A DNA stretch of 64,000 bases from Myxococcota bacterium (GTDB lineage Bacteria > Myxococcota_A > UBA9160 > UBA4427): positions 51,728 through 115,727 of the forward strand of contig JAYZFK010000094.1 of the NCBI GenBank assembly GCA_036336835.1, written 5' to 3'. Both the position numbers and the translations under genes were made by a program. Below, piece by piece: positions 38,293 to 47,937 of the stretch; within the stretch, counting starts at the first letter, position 1, and every line of letters starts with the position of its first letter. The notes under the pieces were generated by a model. It was not told the DNA's origin. It worked only from the letters and a program-made list of their open reading frames with translations, and made no database searches.

Positions 38293-40719
38293 TCAGTCGG
38301 TCCGGAACCAGCCCTTGCCGGCGAACGGATTGTCCAGGTCGTCGCCCAGCCCGACCACCGTGTAGCGGAACTGGAAGCGCACCTCCTCGCTTCGGCTCGA
38401 GCTGACCTGGAGGCCCGCCGCCCAGCAATCGCAGCTCGACATGTAGTCGATCGACCCGGAGTTCGTCAGGAAGAAGTCACCCACAAAGCTGTAGTTGGCG
38501 CGGTAGTTCAGCCGGATGCGACCGAGCAGCCGTACCGAAATCGCGCCCGAGAGCTGATTGATCTCATCGAACTGGTCGACGAAGTTCTCGAACCTGGCGG
38601 TCTGGAAGTTCTCGAAGAAGTCCGGGCCGTCGGGTACCCGGCGGTAGCCGAAGGTCGTCGCGATCCCCCACGGCCAGCGTATGGTGGAGCGCGCGAGAAC
38701 CTCGTCGAGCTTGCCTCGCTGGGCGTCGAGGGCGACCTGGAAGCGGTTGGTCGTCCAACCGAGGCGAATGCGCCGCCCCTCCGCAACGAAGCGACCCGCC
38801 CGTCCGCCCGAAGCGAAGTCGTAGTCGACGCCGAGGCCGAGCTCGCCCACCAGCTGGCGGCGACCGCCGGTCCGGCGGTACAGCCGGTGATCGAGGGAGG
38901 CCACGATCCGGTTGGTCGCTGGAATCTCGTCGGAGGGATCGAGGATCAAGTTGTCGAGCGCGCGCTGGCGCAGTCTGTACTGGGTGACTGCGGTCCGCGG
39001 CGTAAACAGCGGGTTGCGGGACTGCCCGCGGCCCTGCGAGACGTAGACCCAGCTCAAACGTGGGATCATTCGGTGCTCGAGCGAGCGCCCGTGCCCCAGC
39101 TGATAACGACGCTCCATCCGGATCAGCAGATCGCTGCGACCGGTCGCGAGGCCGCGCTGCTCGAAAGCCTGCTGGTCGCTGTAGTAGAGCGTCTGCTTCC
39201 AGCCGATCTCCGCGTTCCACTCGACGGCGCCGAACAGTCGCAGCGGGATCGACAGCCGCGGGTGCAGGGTGGCGCGGTGGCCAAAGTCGAACAGCGCCTC
39301 GCCTTCCTCGAACAGCCCGTTGTCCCGGGTGTCGTCGACGGGCGGTGCACCCGGGGCGATCGGAATCGCGCTGATCCCAACGTCGACGAAACGGCGGCCG
39401 AGGACCGGCGGCGACGTGGTGTAACCGCGGTCCCGAAAGGTCGATAGCGGATCCTGGAGCCGCCCGAAGTACTCGTAGTCGACGTCCAGGCCAAATCCGA
39501 GCCACGAGAGCCCGGCGACCGGGCCCGGCAACCACTGCGCTTCGAGATCCACGAACCGCTGCAGCAGATAGGGATCGCGGTCGTCGAAGTCGGTGCTCTG
39601 CAGATCATCCGCGAACAGGCTGGCCAGCTCGAGACCGAAGCGGCCGTCGCGGCCGAACTGGCGGAACCCGAAAGCCGCCGACTCCAGGAAGCGATCGCGT
39701 CTCCGATCGCGAAGGTCATCGTAGTCGCGCAGGTACTGATTGTCGGTGATGTAGGCGGCGTTGATCTTGAGCCGGATGTCGCCCGGCAGATCTTGATCGT
39801 GGCCGAGCTCGGCGAAGCCACGTGCCTGCCCCACCGTCTGACTCGGGTCGAAGCGATCGCCGGTGCCTGGCGGGTTCTTGTCCCAGGCGAGTGCGCCCTT
39901 GGCACGAGTGAACGAACGCTCCCCGTAGACGGTCTGGATCTCGAGCGCCCCCTTGGCGCCGCGATCCTCGGAATACGCGGGCGTCAGCGTCATGTTCACG
40001 TTGCGCCGCGCCGCCCAGAAGAAGGGCAGCTCGACCGCCAGCCCGTTGCGCCCGCCCGCCAACAGGCGGGGCACCAGCAGCCCCGTCTGGCGCTCCGTCT
40101 TTACCGGATACATGATCCAGGGCAGCCACACGACCGGAACGCCCAGCACCTCGACCGTAGTGTTGCGCGAGGTGCCGTAGCCGCCGACCTCGATGTCCGA
40201 GCGGGCCGCGTTGAGCTCCCACGGCGGCGTCGCCCGCGGATCCGGGCAGCGACAGGTGGTGATGGCGGCATCGAGGATGCGGTAGCGGTCCTCACCCGTG
40301 CGCACGAGCTGCTCGGCAGCGATCCGCAGCCCCTGCTCGCCAAGGTCGAGCTCGCCGCCGAACAGGACGCCCTCCAGGTTGTCGACGTCGAACTGGATGA
40401 AGCGCGCCTGGACGAGCTCGCCGCCATCGCGATAGCGCACGTCCCCGCTCGCCACGCCCAGGCGCGTGCGCCCGCTGAAGGTTGCCCAGCGGGCCCGCAG
40501 GCTCTTGCGCGCCTGGACGATGTGGACATTGCCCTCGGCGACGTACAGCTCGCGGTCCTGGAAGAAATCGATGCGGTCCGCGGTGACTTCGACCGGCTCG
40601 CCTGGCTCGATCTCGGGCAGCTGGGCTGCCGCGGGCGCGGCCCACAGCCAGAGCGAGAAACCCACGAAGAGCAGCTGTGCGGGCGCCTTGCGCGCGCGCG
40701 CCACGGCGGATCCCTCCAT
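38293..40719 (-). CDS. lptD: LPS-assembly outer membrane protein LptD
   Basis: Signal peptide, OstA-like N-domain (AEGNVHI, ITTC), PVKTERQTGLLVP, beta-barrel C-terminus with SSCDCW. Confidence 0.88.
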   Translation of the reverse strand: MEGSAVARARKAPAQLLFVGFSLWLWAAPAAAQLPEIEPGEPVEVTADRIDFFQDRELYVAEGNVHIVQARKSLRARWATFSGRTRLGVASGDVRYRDGGELVQARFIQFDVDNLEGVLFGGELDLGEQGLRIAAEQLVRTGEDRYRILDAAITTCRCPDPRATPPWELNAARSDIEVGGYGTSRNTTVEVLGVPVVWLPWIMYPVKTERQTGLLVPRLLAGGRNGLAVELPFFWAARRNVNMTLTPAYSEDRGAKGALEIQTVYGERSFTRAKGALAWDKNPPGTGDRFDPSQTVGQARGFAELGHDQDLPGDIRLKINAAYITDNQYLRDYDDLRDRRRDRFLESAAFGFRQFGRDGRFGLELASLFADDLQSTDFDDRDPYLLQRFVDLEAQWLPGPVAGLSWLGFGLDVDYEYFGRLQDPLSTFRDRGYTTSPPVLGRRFVDVGISAIPIAPGAPPVDDTRDNGLFEEGEALFDFGHRATLHPRLSIPLRLFGAVEWNAEIGWKQTLYYSDQQAFEQRGLATGRSDLLIRMERRYQLGHGRSLEHRMIPRLSWVYVSQGRGQSRNPLFTPRTAVTQYRLRQRALDNLILDPSDEIPATNRIVASLDHRLYRRTGGRRQLVGELGLGVDYDFASGGRAGRFVAEGRRIRLGWTTNRFQVALDAQRGKLDEVLARSTIRWPWGIATTFGYRRVPDGPDFFENFQTARFENFVDQFDEINQLSGAISVRLLGRIRLNYRANYSFVGDFFLTNSGSIDYMSSCDCWAAGLQVSSSRSEEVRFQFRYTVVGLGDDLDNPFAGKGWFRTD

Positions 40720-40782
40720 CTGCCGGATCAAGCTATCAGAGCGCCCCGGTCGCGGCCATCGGGCGGGTCCTGGCGGCGGGTG

Positions 40783-41406
40783 TCAAGAGGCGGGAGCGAG
40801 GCAGCCGGTGAGCGATTCGACGCTTGCCGCCACCAGCTCGTCTCCCACCAGTCGCAGTACGTTGCGGTCGAACAGCTGATGCAGCGCGCGATGCGCCTCG
40901 ATGATGCTGAGGCCACTCTCGTCGGCCAGCTCGCGCAGCGTCGTCTTGATGTGCAGGCCGTTGGCGTCCGTCCGGCCCCGGTCGACCAGCCGGCGCACGA
41001 GCGAAGCCATCAGGTCATCGACGCCGAGCTTCGCGAGCCGCTTCTCGGTCGCGATCAGCCGCGCCGCGAGCAGCCGGATCACGCGGATCGACACCTCGGG
41101 CCGCTCGATGCACATCTTCTCGAAGGTCTCGGCGTCGAGCTCGAGCAGCCGTGTGGGCTCGACCGCGACCGCCCGACCCGTGTGCTGCGTGCCAAGGATC
41201 ACGCTCGTCTCGCCAAAGAATTCGCCGGCGCCCAGGTGCGCCACGGTCCTGCGGCCCGCCGAGTCGAGGCGCGAGATCTCGATCTCGCCCGACTCGATTA
41301 CGAAGACCGATGCGCCCTCGGCCCCTTCCTCGAAGATCACGTCGCCCGGCTGGTGCTCACGCGCGTACGCCTCGCGAATCTCGCTGTCCGTATCGCCGTC
41401 GGCCAT
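40783..41406 (-). CDS. Crp/Fnr family transcriptional regulator
   Basis: cNMP domain (GDVIFEEG, GEFFGE) plus C-terminal HTH (TLRELADESG). Confidence 0.85.
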   Translation of the reverse strand: MADGDTDSEIREAYAREHQPGDVIFEEGAEGASVFVIESGEIEISRLDSAGRRTVAHLGAGEFFGETSVILGTQHTGRAVAVEPTRLLELDAETFEKMCIERPEVSIRVIRLLAARLIATEKRLAKLGVDDLMASLVRRLVDRGRTDANGLHIKTTLRELADESGLSIIEAHRALHQLFDRNVLRLVGDELVAASVESLTGCLAPAS

Positions 41407-41454
41407 CTCGCGCCCCTCTGCAACCGCCCTCCGGAGACGCGGGCGCATCCGGGG

Positions 41455-42060
41455 TCAGCTGTCTGGAGATCGACCGGCGCGCGGTGAAGCTTGAGGGTCC
41501 AGCCTGCCCACAGCTCTCCAGTAGGCGCGGACCCGGGCGAGCGACTGCTCGAGGTCGGCGCGATCGAGATCCCCGAGGAGCGGGTCTGCCATGGTGCCGT
41601 CCGGGGCGATGAAGTAGGTCGCGGGAAAGCCCGGCGCCGCGAAGCGCTGCGCGAGCCCGATATCTGCCAGCAGGATCGGGTAGCGGACCCGGTGCTTGGC
41701 GATCCACTCGGCGACCACCTCCTCGCCGTCTTCGTCGACCGAGATGCCGAATACCTCGATGCCCTCCTCGCGGTGGGCGTCGTAGAAGGCGTTGATCTCG
41801 GGGATGGTCTCCAGGCACGGCAGGCACCAGGTGGCCCAGAAGTCCAGCACGACGATGCGACCCCTCAGGGCCTGCAGCGCGACCTCCCCCCCGCCGAGTC
41901 TCGGCTGGCGGAAATCGGGAGCGGGCCGGCGCGGCTCGACGATCGCGGCGGCCGCGGTCGCTTCCGAACCCACCCCGCCCGGGTCGCTGGGTTCCCCGGC
42001 GTCGCCGCTGCAGCCGAGTGCGGCCAGCACCCCGGCGGCGAGCAGCGCGAGCCACCTCAC
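41455..42060 (-). CDS. TlpA/ResA-family disulfide reductase lipoprotein
   Basis: Lipobox ALGC, APDF, DFWATWCLPC. Confidence 0.9.
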   Translation of the reverse strand: MRWLALLAAGVLAALGCSGDAGEPSDPGGVGSEATAAAAIVEPRRPAPDFRQPRLGGGEVALQALRGRIVVLDFWATWCLPCLETIPEINAFYDAHREEGIEVFGISVDEDGEEVVAEWIAKHRVRYPILLADIGLAQRFAAPGFPATYFIAPDGTMADPLLGDLDRADLEQSLARVRAYWRAVGRLDPQASPRAGRSPDS

Positions 42061-42827
42061 AACAGCAGTCCCTCGAGCGCGGCGATCCAGTCGCCCACGA
42101 AGGCGAATGTCTGGTTCAGGCGCGTGAACTGATTGAACACGAGCAACAGTCCCACCGCGACCAGCGTGCTGCCCGACACGATCTCCAGAACGCGGAAGTG
42201 ACGCTTGATGCGCGCGAAGCTGCGGAAGAAGAATTCGATGCTCCAACCCGCCAGCAAGAACGGGAGCGCCAATCCGGCGGAGTAGATGCCGAGCAGCAGG
42301 GTTCCCTGCGCCAGGGTCTCCCTGCTCGCCGCCATCGCGAGGACCGCCGCAAGAATCGGACCGATGCATGGAGACCAGCCGAGCCCGAAGCCGGCTCCGA
42401 TCAACACGGTGCTGGCGAGCCCGCGCTCACGACCGCCGAGCTGCGGACGCGTGTCGCGGTTCAGGATGCCGATCCGCACCAGGCCGGTCATGTGGAGGCC
42501 GAACAAAGCGATTACCGCGCCGGCCACCTGTGAGAGGCCGAAATCGATGCCCAGCAGCTCGGCTCGCCAGCTGCGCACGACCTGACCGATCGCGACCGCA
42601 CCGACGCCCATCACCATGAACACGAGGGTGAAGCCCGCGATGAAGCCAGCGCTCGCGCCGAGCACGCGTCGCCGCAGCCCGGGCCCTGGCCCCTCCGCAA
42701 TCTGCTCGACGGACACCCCGGAGACCAGCGACAGATACGCCGGCAGCAGCGGCAGGACGCAGGGGGACAGGACCGAGAGCACCCCTGCAGCGAAGGCGAG
42801 CGGAGCCTGGGAGACGATGTCGGTCAC
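42057..42827 (-). CDS. ccdA: Cytochrome c biogenesis protein CcdA
   Basis: LSPCVLPLLPAY and WSPCIGPIL. Confidence 0.93.
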   Translation of the reverse strand: MTDIVSQAPLAFAAGVLSVLSPCVLPLLPAYLSLVSGVSVEQIAEGPGPGLRRRVLGASAGFIAGFTLVFMVMGVGAVAIGQVVRSWRAELLGIDFGLSQVAGAVIALFGLHMTGLVRIGILNRDTRPQLGGRERGLASTVLIGAGFGLGWSPCIGPILAAVLAMAASRETLAQGTLLLGIYSAGLALPFLLAGWSIEFFFRSFARIKRHFRVLEIVSGSTLVAVGLLLVFNQFTRLNQTFAFVGDWIAALEGLLL

Positions 42828-42939
42828 CAGCTTCCCTCTGGCTCTCGCCCGCACGGGGCCGGGCGCATCGGCGCCCCACCACGGCGTACCAGGCGGGGCA
42901 CCGAAACCCTTGCCGTCCGCGGCGACCCGCGGCTAGCGA

Positions 42940-43362
42940 CTACCAGCCATCGGGCGCCGAGGCGACGTCCCCTTCTACCGCCTCGTAGTCCCGCTGGTAG
43001 CGATCCTGCGGCAGCTCGCGTCGCCCAAAGAACTCGATCTCGCGTTCGCCCGACAGGTGCTCCGTCGTGATCACGTAGTCCCCCATCACCGAGGGCTCGA
43101 GGACCACGCGCGCCACGTCCGCATCTCCTCCCGAGAAGACGAATGCGAGCCCGCCCACGAGGACTCCACCGAAGGCGTACCCCGTCTTGACCGGCGCATA
43201 CAGCAGACTGGCCACGGCCGAGCCGAGACCGACCCCCGCATTCTTCGCCATCGCCACATCGTCGGCCCACACGGTCGCCGGCGCAGAGACGACAGCAGTC
43301 GCGCACACAAGCGCGACCGCGAAGCGCCGAATGGCGCTTCGTCTGCTTCTGATCTTGTCCAA
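42940..43362 (-). CDS. Hypothetical exported/membrane protein
   Basis: Signal-like N-terminus, LLYAPVK...GG...GDYVIT..HL motif; coding-like codon usage. Confidence 0.7.
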   Translation of the reverse strand: MDKIRSRRSAIRRFAVALVCATAVVSAPATVWADDVAMAKNAGVGLGSAVASLLYAPVKTGYAFGGVLVGGLAFVFSGGDADVARVVLEPSVMGDYVITTEHLSGEREIEFFGRRELPQDRYQRDYEAVEGDVASAPDGW

Positions 43363-43465
43363 GTTCCTCTCCCTTCGCGGGTACGGTCAGAGACCGCCCC
43401 GCATCCCCCATACCCTGGAAGTCTGCCGGGTTCCTGCGGCCGTGGCAAACTACTGACGGGGTCGC

Positions 43466-43915
43466 TCAGAAGCGCCGAGCCGTATCGATCAGCAGCGTGA
43501 CCGGGCCGTCGTTGACCAGCTCGACCTCCATGTGCGCGCGGAAGCGACCCGTGACAACCGTCACACCCTGAACGCGAACCTGCTCGACCAGCCGGGTCAG
43601 GAGCGGCTCCGCCTGCTCTGGGTCGGCGGCTGCTCCGAACGACGGCCGCCGACCCTTGCGCACGTCGCCCAACAACGTGAACTGCGAGACCACGCCGAGC
43701 GCGAGGCCGCAGTCGAGCAGCGAGCGGTTCAGCCGACCCGCGTCGTCCTCGAACACCCGCAGCCCAACGAGCTTGCGCGCGAGTTCATCGGCGCTCGCCT
43801 CGTCGTCGCCCTGCGCCACACCGACGAGCGCCAGCAGGCCGCCGGCCATCTCGGCGACGCACTCATCGCCAACACGCACCCGGGCGCGGCTCACCCGCTG
43901 GACGACGGCGCGCAT
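43466..43915 (-). CDS. dtd: D-aminoacyl-tRNA deacylase
   Basis: MRAVVQRV, SQFTL, GRRPSF, NDGPVT. Confidence 0.96.
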   Translation of the reverse strand: MRAVVQRVSRARVRVGDECVAEMAGGLLALVGVAQGDDEASADELARKLVGLRVFEDDAGRLNRSLLDCGLALGVVSQFTLLGDVRKGRRPSFGAAADPEQAEPLLTRLVEQVRVQGVTVVTGRFRAHMEVELVNDGPVTLLIDTARRF

Positions 43916-43922
43916 CAGACTC

Positions 43923-44435
43923 TCAGATCTCGTCCTGGCTCGCGAATCGACCCCGATAGATCGCCTCGCCCTCGGTGCGCATCAGCACGAGCTGGCAGAT
44001 CCGCACTCCCGCGTGGATCTCGAGCGGATGGCCCGAGACATTGCCCATCTCGAGCACCTGGCGGTTGTTCACGCCCGGCTGGACCAGCGCAGAGGTCACG
44101 TGGATCATCAGGCCCAGCCGCGCGAAGCGACTGCGCCCCTCCAGGAAGCCGCACAGGTCGCCGGGCAGCTGGACTCGCTCGCGCGTGATGCCGTGGATCG
44201 TTGCGCCCGACTCGAGCACGAAGGGTCGATCGAGCGAGCGCACCGTGGTGTGCTCGCGGTAGTCGCTCTCGTTGCGGATCGCGATCGTGATCTCGTCCGG
44301 CTCGATCACCCGGATCTGGTCGCCCAGAGTCAGGTCGATCGAGGCCGGTCCGATCTGAGCGCGATCGAGTGGATCGATGACGAGGCGCCCAAGATCGAGC
44401 TCGCGCAGGATCGCCTCACGGGTCAGGACGGCCAT
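43923..44435 (-). CDS. dcd: dCTP deaminase
   Basis: PASIDLTL, EGRSRFARLGL, ICQL. Confidence 0.9.
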   Translation of the reverse strand: MAVLTREAILRELDLGRLVIDPLDRAQIGPASIDLTLGDQIRVIEPDEITIAIRNESDYREHTTVRSLDRPFVLESGATIHGITRERVQLPGDLCGFLEGRSRFARLGLMIHVTSALVQPGVNNRQVLEMGNVSGHPLEIHAGVRICQLVLMRTEGEAIYRGRFASQDEI

Positions 44436-44462
44436 GGCAGCGCGCATGGTAACGTAGCCGCA

Positions 44463-45260
44463 ATGCCGCACAGTTACTTCGAGGTGCCGCAACCGACCGT
44501 GATCGGTCACCGCGGCGCGGCGGCGGATGCGCCCGAGAACACCCTGCCCTCGTTCGAACATGCGCTCGCGGTCGGTGCCCACATCCTGGAAAGCGACGTG
44601 CAGGGAACCCGCGACGCGGTTCCCGTGCTGTCGCACGACGCCTCGCTCGAACGCATGACGGGCTCTCCCCAGCGCATCGAAGCGCTCGAGCTGGAGACGC
44701 TGCGCAGCTTCGACGCCGCCTTCGGATTCGCGGGGGACGACGGCAGCTACCCGCTGCGCGGCAGGGGAATCGGTGTCCCCACACTCGGCGAGGCTTTCGA
44801 GGCGTTCCCCGCGGCGCGCTTCAACCTCGAGATCAAGGCCGATCTCCCGGGACTGGTCGAATCCGTGGTCGCGCTGATCGCCGAGCACGATCGGGCTGAC
44901 CGCACGCTGCTCGCCGCCGAGAGCGACGCCGTGATGGCGCGCATCCGCGCCGAGACGCGGCGCGCGGGCGTCCACCCGGCAATCGGCGCATCACTCGCCG
45001 ATGTGGTCGGCTTCGTGCAGGCAGCAGTCGCCGGCGTCGCCCCAACGAGCGAGGCGATGGCGCTGCAGATTCCCCCCGAGTTCGCGGGACGCCCCCTGAT
45101 CACCCCCCAGCTGGTGTCGCACGCACACGCCCACGGCACCGTGGTCCACGCATGGACGATCAACCAGGTGTCGGAAATGGCGCGGCTGATCGAGCTGGGC
45201 GTCGACGGCCTGATCACGGACGACCCGGCGCGCATGCACGCGCACTTCTACCCGGAATAG
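44463..45260 (+). CDS. Glycerophosphodiester phosphodiesterase
   Basis: HRGA, PENTL, ESDV, HD, NLEIK, WTIN, GVDGLITD. Confidence 0.93.
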   Translation: MPHSYFEVPQPTVIGHRGAAADAPENTLPSFEHALAVGAHILESDVQGTRDAVPVLSHDASLERMTGSPQRIEALELETLRSFDAAFGFAGDDGSYPLRGRGIGVPTLGEAFEAFPAARFNLEIKADLPGLVESVVALIAEHDRADRTLLAAESDAVMARIRAETRRAGVHPAIGASLADVVGFVQAAVAGVAPTSEAMALQIPPEFAGRPLITPQLVSHAHAHGTVVHAWTINQVSEMARLIELGVDGLITDDPARMHAHFYPE

Positions 45261-45261
45261 T

Positions 45262-45795
45262 GTGACCACTGCGTCGGGACTGGTGCTCCGCCATCTCGCG
45301 CCGCTGCGCGTCGCGAGCGAGCTCGGACCGATCGTCGACCTCGCCTGCGGTCGTGGACGAAACGCGCTCGCGCTGTCCCGCGAAGGCATCGACTGCCTCG
45401 GCCTCGACCGCAACCGCAGCTCCTTGCGCGAGCTCGCCGCCGCGGCGCGGCCCGGGCGCGTCGAGGCCGTTTGCTGCGACCTCGAGAGCGGACACGGCAT
45501 TCCTGTCCGGCCGGGAAGCTGTGGGGCCATCCTGGTGTTCCGCTTCTTGTTCCGGCCGCTGGCTGCGGCGATCCAGGACGCGCTCGCACCGGGAGGGCTG
45601 CTGCTCTACGAGACCTTTACCCGCGAGCAGCCGGCGCACGGCTGGGGACCCAGCCGCCCGGCGTTCCTGCTCGAAGCCGGCGAGCTGCCGCGTCTCTTTC
45701 CCGGCCTCGAGATCGTGCAACACGACGAAGCGCCGGTCACGGTCCCGCGCCCCGAGGCTTCCGCCCGGCTCGTCGCGCGCCGACCGGCGAGCTGA
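45262..45795 (+). CDS. Class I SAM-dependent methyltransferase (TehB-like)
   Basis: DLACGRGRNA, LAPGGLLLYETF. Confidence 0.85.
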   Translation: MTTASGLVLRHLAPLRVASELGPIVDLACGRGRNALALSREGIDCLGLDRNRSSLRELAAAARPGRVEAVCCDLESGHGIPVRPGSCGAILVFRFLFRPLAAAIQDALAPGGLLLYETFTREQPAHGWGPSRPAFLLEAGELPRLFPGLEIVQHDEAPVTVPRPEASARLVARRPAS

Positions 45796-45862
45796 TGATC
45801 CCTCCGCGTCGCGCACGGCGTGCAACGCGCCGCCCCGCCGCTCGAGGCGAAGACGCCAATCT

Positions 45863-46924
45863 CTAGGACCCCGACGCCAGGCGCGCGAGCGCCCAGCGCG
45901 CATGCTCTGCGATCATCGGGTCGTCGCCGTCGCAATGCACCCCGATGGCGGGAGCGAGCGAGCGATCGCCGCTGTTGCCGGCCGCGACCAGAGCATTGCG
46001 CAGCAGACCGCGCCGCTTTGCACGCCGCACCGCGCTGTGACGGGTCGCGGCCTGCCAGGCCGCTTCGTCGAGCTCGAGCAGCCAGCGCAGCGTCACCCGC
46101 TGCCACGACTCACGGGGCGCCAGCCGCTCTCGCAGCCCCAACGAATCCGCAAGCAGCGGCCGATCGCGGCGCGAGTTCCAGGGGCAGACCTGCTGACAGA
46201 TGTCGCAGCCGAACACCCAGCGACCGTGCCCCTCGCGCAGCGACTGCGGGATCGGGCCCGGGTCCTCGATCGTCGTGTAGGCGATGCAGCGGGTGGCATC
46301 GAGCACGTAGGGCTCGGCGAAGGCGTCGGTCGGACAGGCGTCGAGACAGGCGCGACAGCTGCCGCAGTGATCGGGCTCGGGAGCGTCTGCAGCGAGCTCC
46401 AGATCGAGCAGCAGCGCCCCAAGCAGCAGATACGAGCCGTGCTCGGGGTGGATCAGACAGCTGTTCTTGCCGATCCAGCCCAACCCGGCGCGCGCCGCGA
46501 GCGCGCGCTCGGAAACCGGGCCGGTATCGACGTAGGCGCGCGCCGCGACCGGCCGCTCCGCCAGCACCTCGACGGCCGCGGCCAGCGCCCGCACGCGATC
46601 GATCAGGACCTCGTGATAGTCGTCTCCGACCGCATAGCGGGCGAGCGCGACCGAGGCGTCGGCGGTCGCCTGCGGCGAGCCGTCGTCGTAGACCAGGCCG
46701 ACCATCACCACACTGCGGGCGCCCTCGAGGACGCGCCGGGGGTCGACTCGCTCTTCGAGCCGTTCACCGAGATACGCCATCGAGCCCGCGAAGCCGCGGT
46801 CGATCCACTCGCGCAAGCGCTGCGTGTGCTCGGTGGGCGCAGCGGGCGCAACCCCCACCAGATCGAAGCCGAGGACCCGCGCCGCGTCCTTGACGGAGCC
46901 GGCGAGCTCCTGGGACGAGCTCAG
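45863..46924 (-). CDS. queG: tRNA epoxyqueuosine(34) reductase
   Basis: ARYA.G.DYH, VDTGPV.ER, GWIGKN, CGSCRACLDACPT, FGCDICQQVCPWN. Start uncertain (CTG 46924 or GTG 46966). Confidence 0.93.
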   Translation of the reverse strand: MSSSQELAGSVKDAARVLGFDLVGVAPAAPTEHTQRLREWIDRGFAGSMAYLGERLEERVDPRRVLEGARSVVMVGLVYDDGSPQATADASVALARYAVGDDYHEVLIDRVRALAAAVEVLAERPVAARAYVDTGPVSERALAARAGLGWIGKNSCLIHPEHGSYLLLGALLLDLELAADAPEPDHCGSCRACLDACPTDAFAEPYVLDATRCIAYTTIEDPGPIPQSLREGHGRWVFGCDICQQVCPWNSRRDRPLLADSLGLRERLAPRESWQRVTLRWLLELDEAAWQAATRHSAVRRAKRRGLLRNALVAAGNSGDRSLAPAIGVHCDGDDPMIAEHARWALARLASGS

Positions 46925-47778
46925 CGAGGCGCGAGCGGGCTGGCGAAGCTGCCGTCTGGAATCCACCGCCGGAGCAGCGTACCGATCCCCAGCAGCACGG
47001 CACAGCCGAGCACGTAGGTGGCAACGCCGACCGACTCGTGCAGCGACCCGGCCGTCGCCACCTCGGCGCCCCAGCGCTCGGCTGCGAACACCGTCGTGAA
47101 GACGCGGATCAGGTTGCCGCCGAGCGCCACCGGGACCACCGAGAGCACGAGCAGGACACGCCGACGCAGCGCGCGGTCGGTGAAGTAGGCGAGCACCATG
47201 GCGATCGGCAGCAGCGTGATCACCGAGGTGATGCCGCTGCAGGCCTCGGCGACGAACAGCGACTCGCCGCCCGGCAGCTCGAGTACGTTGCCATCGCGAT
47301 AAATCGCAAAGCCACCGCTGCGCAGCAGCCCGACACCGACCTCGCTCACGAACAGCTGCAGCTTGACGATCACCGGTGTGATCCAGGCATCCGGCAGCGG
47401 CACCATGAAGCCGAGGTAGCCGACCGGGAAGCTCAGCACCGAGAGCCAGGCCATGCCGCAGCGCAGCCACACCAGCGACGCCACGGCGGCCACCAGCGCA
47501 ATGCCCTGGAGCGGCACCCAGCTGACAGCGAGCCCGACCGCGTACAGCGCGCCCGCCAGTCCGAGTCCGAGCAGACCGCGCCCGTCTGGCTCGATCGCGA
47601 GCTGCTGGCGGCGCGGCACGATACCGGCCGCTGCCCACAGGGACACCAGCGGCACGAGGTAGCCGTGGGTGTAGTAGTCGCGCGAGCTCCAGACCTCGGA
47701 GAGGTTGCTGAGCGCCGGTGCGAAGACGACGCCGAGGGCCAGCGCAGGCCAGCCGAGTGCCCGGACGATGCGTGCCAT
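46921..47778 (-). CDS. Exosortase/archaeosortase family membrane transpeptidase
   Basis: W...YYTHGYLVP, VAEACSG (catalytic Cys), NLIR (Arg), LHE (His); multi-TM. Confidence 0.9.
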   Translation of the reverse strand: MARIVRALGWPALALGVVFAPALSNLSEVWSSRDYYTHGYLVPLVSLWAAAGIVPRRQQLAIEPDGRGLLGLGLAGALYAVGLAVSWVPLQGIALVAAVASLVWLRCGMAWLSVLSFPVGYLGFMVPLPDAWITPVIVKLQLFVSEVGVGLLRSGGFAIYRDGNVLELPGGESLFVAEACSGITSVITLLPIAMVLAYFTDRALRRRVLLVLSVVPVALGGNLIRVFTTVFAAERWGAEVATAGSLHESVGVATYVLGCAVLLGIGTLLRRWIPDGSFASPLAPR

Positions 47779-47937
47779 GCGTGCCCCTTCGGCAGGTTGC
47801 GCGGGCGGGTGTATCCCTTCCGCCCCGTTGGAGCGCACACCTTGCAGTCGCGGCGCAACGGATGCCGCTCGACTGGAACCGCGAACACGGCCTAAGGTTC
47901 GGACCCGGGTGGCCCGCGGGCGAGGAGAGCAGCGCGA

